Source of the DNA: Nostoc punctiforme PCC 73102
GTDB lineage: Bacteria; Cyanobacteriota; Cyanobacteriia; Cyanobacteriales; Nostocaceae
Direction of reading: 5' to 3'
Assembly (NCBI RefSeq): GCF_000020025.1
Contig: NC_010630.1
Span: 90,001 to 122,000 of the forward strand
Length of the DNA: 32,000 nucleotides
The position numbers were made by a program, and so were the translations under genes. Shown piece by piece: positions 27,101-32,000 of this stretch (position 1 is its first letter; each line of letters begins with the position of its first letter). Below the pieces are notes generated by a model. The model saw nothing but the letters and a program-made list of their open reading frames with translations, had not been told where the DNA came from and searched no databases.

Positions 27101-27546
27101 GAGAATGCTTCTCTTTGCCAGGAGGCGGTTTTAGGCTTTCAGTACGCAATACCAAACTACAGAGGCATGGTTTTAAGTGAAGCATATCTTGGAATTTTGA
27201 ACCATATTTTGAATTGAAAGTTTATAAGTGGGCAATTTTTTCAAAGATTTTTTGTGCAAGTTTCATTCAATTGTGTTTTTTCAACTCATTTTTTAATTAT
27301 GCTTCAGAATTTTAACTCTCTCTCATGATTTGATTCAAAGTTTTATGTTGGGATTGGTGAGAAAGTCCGAAATTGCGTTAACTCTTGTCACTTAAAGGAT
27401 ATTGTGGCCGTTTTTAAACCATAAAGTGGCCGCAGTCATCTGAACTGGTAAGTATAAATATTTATATCAATAAAAGACTGTTTAACTGGCGAAAGCCTAG
27501 ATTTGTGGTAAGAGCTTGTTGCGGCTTTAAAAGCTTGGGGGCCAAT
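27101..27546. repeat. Divergent spacer holding the tnsAB-proximal transposon end(s): dense AT-rich short repeats
   Basis: TGAAGCAT (27178-27185, inverted) and ATGCTTCA (27299-27306). ATTTTGAA x2 (27193, 27206). TTTTTTCAA(A/C)..ATTTTTT x2 (27236, 27274). TGATTTGATTCA (27326-27337) matches TGATTTGAATCA at 20089 at 11/12 (13/15 over the extended block TGATTTGA.TCA.A). TGTGGCCG / GTGGCCGC lie at 27403 and 27425, and TGGTAAG x2 at 27446 and 27505. Confidence 0.45.
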
Positions 27547-30156
27547 ATGTTGAGCGACCAAGAGTTTAATGATTGGTGTCGCGGCGTAAATTTACCACAA
27601 GAGGCTAGGCAATTAATTTCCCAAATCCGTGCCTCTGAACCAATTCGGCGAGTCAAAAGCAGTGGTATAAATGTCCGGGGCGACTACGCCAGTCGCAAAA
27701 TGGGAAAAACTATTCAATTTGAGTCCCATAAAATTGAATTGCCAGGTGTAGAGGAGTACGAAGAAGACGCAGATGTACTCGAATACTACGACCAAGCATA
27801 TCAAATTACTCTAGAATTCCCCTCAAGCAGTGGGGAAATAATCAAAGCTTCGCATATACCAGACTTTTTCGTAATTCGGAAGCGGAGTGCAGGTTTTGAA
27901 GAGTGGAAACCAGAATCAAGATTAGAAAAATTAGCAGCTAAACAATCACAACGTTATATGCGTTCAGAAGATGGGCAGTGGTTAAACCTGCCAGCAGTTG
28001 CTTATGCAGAAAAATTAGGACTGTATTACCGAATTCGGTTAGATACAGAAATTGATTGGATTAAATACAGAAATCGACTATTTCTCAAAGCCTATACTAC
28101 TGAAGATTACCAAATTGACCCAGAAATAGCTGAAAATTTGGTGAAGTTAATTAGCTTAAATCCGGGCATAAGTTATTGGGAAATGATTCATACTCAACAG
28201 AGCAATCCTGATGACATAAATGCTTTAATAGCTACAAAAAAAATTTACATTAATTTGAGTGCCGCACCCTTAGCAGAGCCAGAAAAAGTACAGCTTTTCC
28301 GTGACCAAGAAATCGCGGTAGCTTATGTACAAATGATAAAATCGCAACCGAATAATGGAACGATTCTGAATATTTTAGATGTTAAACCCAATCAACTGGA
28401 ACCTAAAACTCATAATCAAGTAAAAATGTCTCCAAAAGCAATGGAGCGTTTTTTGAGAGCTAGTCCTGAAGACTTGGCAGAAGCTAACCGAAGATATGAA
28501 GTAATTGAACCTTATCTTAATGACAGTTATAGAGATAAAGAAACTGTTCCACAACGTACTATTCGCAGATGGAAGGCTAAGTTTATAGCAGCACAAAAGG
28601 CGTACAAATGTGGTTATATTGGGCTGCTAAATAACTCTAATGCTAGAGGCAATCGCTTACCCAGAATTTCTCAATCGTCTCAAGATTTCATTGACAAAAT
28701 AATTGAAGAATATTATGAAACTTTTCAACAAAGAAGCAAACTAGCTGTTTATGGAATTCTAGCAAGAGAATGGGAGAAAGCAGGTCTAACAGATAAGCTG
28801 CCTAGCTACGCTACATTTTGTTCTAGAATTCAACATCGTTCTGGTTATAGGCAAACAAAAAAACGTAAGGGAAACAGAGCAGCTTATCAACAATCTTTAT
28901 TGTATTGGGAGTTGAAATTAACCACACCATGTCATGGCGACCGTCCATTTGAGATAGCACACATTGACCATACGCAACTGGATATTGAGTTAGTATGCTC
29001 CCGAACAGGTTATCTTCTTGGTAGACCTTGGGCAACTCTGTTAATCGATGCTTACAGCCGACGTATTCTCGCAGTTTACCTAACTTTTGACGAGCCAAGC
29101 TACCGTAGTTGCATGATGGTATTAAGAATCTGCGTACAGCGATTTGAGAAATTACCAGAGACAATAGTTGTTGACGGTGGGACAGAATTTAGTAGTACAT
29201 ACTTTGAGACCTTGTTAGCGGCTTTTGAATGTACCAAAAAGCAGCGACCAGCTGCGAAAGCCAGATTTGGTTCAATTATTGAACGTATTTTTGGAACTAC
29301 AAATACAGAGTTTTTTTATAATCTTAGAGGCAACACTCAAATTACTAAGAATGTCCGCCAAGTCACGAAATCAAATAATCCCAAAAATCAAGCTGTTTGG
29401 ACACTAGATCAACTCTACGAAAACTTTTGTTCATATTGTTACGAATTCTATGATTGCAGAGAACATCCAACATTAGGACAAAGCCCACGTCAAACTTTTA
29501 TGTCAGGGCTAAATTCAAGTGGTTATCGCCCTCAGAAACAGATTATTTATGATGATAATTTTAAGATTTTTACCTTACCTTCTACACCTAAAGGAACTGC
29601 AAAAGTTCAACCAAGTAGAGGCGTGAAAATTAATTATCTCTACTATTGGTCAATTGATGATTCGTTCATAAGACCAGAAATTGAAGGAACTAATGTACCT
29701 ATTCGTTACGACCCTTTTGATATGGGGACTGCTTATGCTTACGTTAAGGGACGTTGGATACGCTGTATTTCTGAACATTACAAATCCTTCCAAAATCGTT
29801 CCGAAAAAGAAGTGAACATAGCCAGCACACAATTACGTCGAAAAAGGCAGAAACACGCTCAAAGAATTACTCTATCTGCCCAAGAAAAAGCTACATATTT
29901 AGAAGGAACTGAAGCCCAAGAAACTTTGTTATTACAACGCTTACATGATTTAGCACAACAAGATATTTGGGTTTTAATTGAAAAAAGCTCAGTTATTGAA
30001 AGTAAATTAAGTAAACACAATTATTCAGCTAATGTTCAAGATGTAGATAAAAATATTTTGGCAGGTTCAGAAAGCATTAAAAAGCCAAAATCATCAGCAA
30101 AAAAATTAATAGATTTAACCAAAATAGAAGCTTACAATACAGAGGAGCTATGGTAA
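27547..30156 (+). CDS. tnsAB: TnsA-TnsB fusion transposase (paralog of 24383-27100)
   Basis: The ORF track starts at GTG 27505. I prefer ATG 27547 because MLSDQEFNDWCRG aligns with MTDDEFDHWCKQ of the paralog. TnsA pattern: FESHKIE...HIPDFFVI...EEWK. DDE core: HIDHTQLD, LLIDAYSRRILAVYL, GSIIERIFGTTNTEF. C-domain: INYLYYWS...IRYDPFDMGTAYAY. Confidence 0.9.
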   Translation: MLSDQEFNDWCRGVNLPQEARQLISQIRASEPIRRVKSSGINVRGDYASRKMGKTIQFESHKIELPGVEEYEEDADVLEYYDQAYQITLEFPSSSGEIIKASHIPDFFVIRKRSAGFEEWKPESRLEKLAAKQSQRYMRSEDGQWLNLPAVAYAEKLGLYYRIRLDTEIDWIKYRNRLFLKAYTTEDYQIDPEIAENLVKLISLNPGISYWEMIHTQQSNPDDINALIATKKIYINLSAAPLAEPEKVQLFRDQEIAVAYVQMIKSQPNNGTILNILDVKPNQLEPKTHNQVKMSPKAMERFLRASPEDLAEANRRYEVIEPYLNDSYRDKETVPQRTIRRWKAKFIAAQKAYKCGYIGLLNNSNARGNRLPRISQSSQDFIDKIIEEYYETFQQRSKLAVYGILAREWEKAGLTDKLPSYATFCSRIQHRSGYRQTKKRKGNRAAYQQSLLYWELKLTTPCHGDRPFEIAHIDHTQLDIELVCSRTGYLLGRPWATLLIDAYSRRILAVYLTFDEPSYRSCMMVLRICVQRFEKLPETIVVDGGTEFSSTYFETLLAAFECTKKQRPAAKARFGSIIERIFGTTNTEFFYNLRGNTQITKNVRQVTKSNNPKNQAVWTLDQLYENFCSYCYEFYDCREHPTLGQSPRQTFMSGLNSSGYRPQKQIIYDDNFKIFTLPSTPKGTAKVQPSRGVKINYLYYWSIDDSFIRPEIEGTNVPIRYDPFDMGTAYAYVKGRWIRCISEHYKSFQNRSEKEVNIASTQLRRKRQKHAQRITLSAQEKATYLEGTEAQETLLLQRLHDLAQQDIWVLIEKSSVIESKLSKHNYSANVQDVDKNILAGSESIKKPKSSAKKLIDLTKIEAYNTEELW

Positions 30157-31289
30157 AAATTCAGTCGCACTCTTTTCCAGAAGAACTTCTCTTACAGCCG
30201 AACGAAATTAAAACTGATTATTTCAAAAGTATCACTATTCCACATCAAAGGCTCAAACAAGCCTTAGATACTTTATTAATTAATATTCTGGAGCCAGCTG
30301 ACACTTTAGTATTTTTAGTTTTTGGTGTGACTGGTGTAGGAAAAACAACCTTACGCTTGCGTCTGGAAAATCTGCTAAATTACGAATTTCTCCCCTCATT
30401 ACGCCAAAATCCTGGTCAAATTGCTGTTGCTGGTATTGAAGCTATTCCAACAGAACAAGGAAAGTTTAGCTATAAAGATTATTACACTCGCGCCCTAGAA
30501 TCCCTTCAGGAAGTTTTGATTGAATACAAAATTGATTATGAAATTCCTCACGGTGAGGTAAAGGATTTGGGGTTGCTAAATCGGGCTTACCGCCAAGATT
30601 CGCCCGCATTACGCCGAGCAATGGAAAAAGCATTTCGTTATCGTCAGGTAAAAGCTTTTACTGTAGACGAGGCACAGCATTTATTTATGATGGCAGGCGG
30701 ACACCAGATGTTACAGCAAATGAACTGGATTAAGTCTATTGCTAATCTTACTGGTACAGTACATATTTTATTTGGAACTTATGAACTGCTTAACTGTCCT
30801 ACCTTGAATGGGCAAATAGGGCGGCGTAGCGAAGATATTCACCTGTTACCTTACCAAGCTGATAACCCAGAAGATATTGCTGAATTTATTAGAGTAATTA
30901 GAACTTTTCAACGCCACATTCCGCTTGTACAAGAACCAAAATTAGAACAACACTATGAGTATCTTTTTTCTGGCTCAGTTGGTTGTGTGGGGCTATTGAA
31001 GAATTGGTTAACTCGTTCTTTGAGAGTTGCCTATTCTGAAGAAGCTCGGACTCTTAATAGCAAACATCTTAAATTAGGTGCTTTTTCTGCATCTCGTATC
31101 AACAAAATTAAGGAAGAAGCACAACAGGGATTTAAACGCTTTCAAGAAGAATCCAGTTTTTTTGAGCGGCAATATTCAACAGAACATGGAATAAAAATGC
31201 CAGCCAAAAATTCCCTACTCAAAAAAGGTCGTGTTGGACAAAGAAAACCTAAAAGAGATGATGTAGGGGTAAATTCAGATGATGACTAA
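30150..31289 (+). CDS. tnsC: TnsC/TniB-like AAA+ transposition ATPase
   Basis: 379 aa. Walker A: FGVTGVGKTT. Walker B: AFTVDEAQHLF. Also GTVHILFGTYELLN. C-terminal tail: GRVGQRKPKRDDVGVNSDDD. The ATG overlaps the tnsAB stop (ATGGTAA). Confidence 0.9.
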   Translation: MVKIQSHSFPEELLLQPNEIKTDYFKSITIPHQRLKQALDTLLINILEPADTLVFLVFGVTGVGKTTLRLRLENLLNYEFLPSLRQNPGQIAVAGIEAIPTEQGKFSYKDYYTRALESLQEVLIEYKIDYEIPHGEVKDLGLLNRAYRQDSPALRRAMEKAFRYRQVKAFTVDEAQHLFMMAGGHQMLQQMNWIKSIANLTGTVHILFGTYELLNCPTLNGQIGRRSEDIHLLPYQADNPEDIAEFIRVIRTFQRHIPLVQEPKLEQHYEYLFSGSVGCVGLLKNWLTRSLRVAYSEEARTLNSKHLKLGAFSASRINKIKEEAQQGFKRFQEESSFFERQYSTEHGIKMPAKNSLLKKGRVGQRKPKRDDVGVNSDDD

Positions 31290-32000
31290 CATGGCGGTTA
31301 ACGATGAATTGTGGCTCAAAGACCCAGAATTTACTCCCAGTCCTAGCCGGTTGTTTCATCTGGAACCGATTGGACTTGGTACTTGTTATGTTGAAAGTCT
31401 GACTAGCTATGTTGCTCGTCTAGCCGCAGCTCATAGCGTATTGCCTGGAACTTTATTGGCTAGAGAGATAAAACCAATAGTTGGGCATAACCATACTACC
31501 AATCCCTTGAATTCTAAAAGTATCGTAAGTTTGTATGGACAAGCTTCTGTAAAAGCTTTAAACGGAACACAAATTGGAGCTAAACAACTGGTTTTTGCTC
31601 TAGAAATATTGACAAAACGTACTGACTTACAGTTTTTGACAATGCTACCTTGGGCAAAAGTCTTCCCAGTTTTGGGATTGCTCAAGCATTCTCATGCTTG
31701 GTGTCCTTATTGCTATCAAGACTGGTTAAATAATCAACAAGTCATTTATTCACCTCTGCTGTGGGCTTTGAAACCAGCTAACATTTGTCCCATCCATTAT
31801 CGATTTTTAGAATCAAAATGTCCTCACTGTGACCTTGAATTTTTACACCTGTGGCATAACTCACGACCTGGATTTTGTCTGAAATGTGGTGGTTGGTTGG
31901 GGATGAACTATGAAGTATCTTTGCCAGATAAGAGATTGTTCGAGGAGATACCCAATTTACAGCAAGAGATTTGGATAGTTAAGACTTTAGGAGATTTAAT
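31282..32000 (+). CDS. tniQ: TniQ/TnsD-family target-selection protein, 5' part only (open to window end)
   Basis: Translated by hand: MTNMAVNDELWLKDPEFTPSPSRLFHLEPIGLGTCYVESLTSYVARLAAAHSVLPGTLLAREI...WCPYCYQDW...CPIHYRFLESKCPHCDLEF...FCLKCGGWLG. There is no stop through 31998. It has a TniQ-type N-terminus and CxxC/CPxH/CxxC zinc-binding clusters. The ATG overlaps the tnsC stop (ATGACTAA). It is absent from the ORF track because it has no stop in the window. Confidence 0.85.
   Translation, partial: MTNMAVNDELWLKDPEFTPSPSRLFHLEPIGLGTCYVESLTSYVARLAAAHSVLPGTLLAREIKPIVGHNHTTNPLNSKSIVSLYGQASVKALNGTQIGAKQLVFALEILTKRTDLQFLTMLPWAKVFPVLGLLKHSHAWCPYCYQDWLNNQQVIYSPLLWALKPANICPIHYRFLESKCPHCDLEFLHLWHNSRPGFCLKCGGWLGMNYEVSLPDKRLFEEIPNLQQEIWIVKTLGDL

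Larger units (their letters stand above)
20087..27275 (-). mobile_element. Tn7-like element A (tnsAB-tnsC, no tniQ/tnsD, four cargo ORFs); boundaries approximate, the right one +/-150 bp
   Basis: TnsA-TnsB fusion and TnsC-like genes plus AT-rich cargo. The low-coordinate boundary is argued from the truncated IS gene and the TGTG terminus. The high-coordinate boundary lies somewhere in the 27101-27546 spacer. Confidence 0.45.
27324..32000 (+). mobile_element. Tn7-like element B (tnsAB-tnsC-tniQ/tnsD...), partial: continues beyond the window; left terminus uncertain (candidates at 27253, 27272, 27324, 27403)
   Basis: Complete tnsAB and tnsC and the first 239 codons of a TniQ-family gene, all overlapping or coupled. 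The left-end call rests on similarity to the 20087 block and on TGT-initiated candidates. Confidence 0.6.

Noticed and set aside
20082-27191. 5-bp target-site duplication candidates for element A. TCTTG at 20084-20088 matches 27187-27191, and CTTTC at 20081-20085 matches about 27136.
   Set aside because: A given 5-mer is expected about 0.4 times by chance in the 446-bp spacer. The implied termini are not inverted repeats of each other.
27101-27546. A tRNA gene or other attachment-site gene fragment between the two Tn7-like modules.
   Set aside because: I could find no cloverleaf-compatible stems and no GGTTCGAATCC-type T-arm. No protein-like frame is visible either. The GTGGCCG copies are direct repeats, not a stem.
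27505-27546. GTG start at 27505 for the plus-strand tnsAB (as in the ORF track).
   Set aside because: The extra 14 residues (MVRACCGFKSLGAN) have no counterpart in the paralog. ATG 27547 aligns residue-for-residue with the paralog's N-terminus and has a G-rich stretch upstream.
20129-30080. Identical 15-mer TTCAGAAAGCATTAA at 20129-20143 (transposon-end candidate) and 30066-30080 (inside element B tnsAB).
   Set aside because: About one chance 15-mer repeat is expected in a 32-kb AT-rich window counting both strands. The second copy is in ordinary coding sequence with no flanking similarity.
1-32000. CRISPR arrays, rRNA genes and tandem repeat arrays.
   Set aside because: I saw no regularly spaced 25-40-bp direct repeats and no rRNA- or tRNA-like conserved blocks. 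The only tandem repeat is a trivial (AAGTCT)x2.5 near 16990.

Overview
The DNA looks cyanobacterial and Nostocales-like: it is AT-rich and carries five HIP1 GCGATCGC palindromes. The window has three parts. (1) 1-16817, minus strand: the 5' part of a hybrid NRPS-PKS operon with three tightly coupled giant genes. These are FAAL-ACP-Cy-A(Cys)-PCP, then KS-AT-DH-KR-ACP, then dock-Cy-A(Cys)-PCP-C-A..., which runs off the left edge. The predicted product is a fatty-acyl bis-thiazoline polyketide-peptide. (2) 16.8-20.1 kb: insertion-sequence debris. It holds an ISL3-like C-terminal scrap about 40 bp from the operon start, a 431-bp inverted-repeat-bounded IS relic with a perfect 18-bp hairpin, a 5'-truncated and frameshifted IS1182-like transposase, and two complementary fragments of one zinc-ribbon transposase in opposite orientation. 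It also holds a small RHH-like ORF surrounded by a repeated CCATGTAATACAC motif. (3) 20.1-32 kb: two different Tn7-like transposition modules arranged head-to-head, each encoding a natural TnsA-TnsB fusion and a TnsC-like AAA+ ATPase. The plus-strand module continues into a TniQ/TnsD gene that leaves the window. The GC-richer minus-strand module has no TniQ/TnsD. It is followed instead by two unrecognisable small ORFs, a CoiA-zinc-ribbon/T5orf172 (GIY-YIG-like) nuclease and a small transglutaminase-fold protein. That TniQ-less module and its cargo are my best candidate for something undescribed. I found no CRISPR array, tRNA or rRNA. Transposon termini could only be proposed, not fixed.
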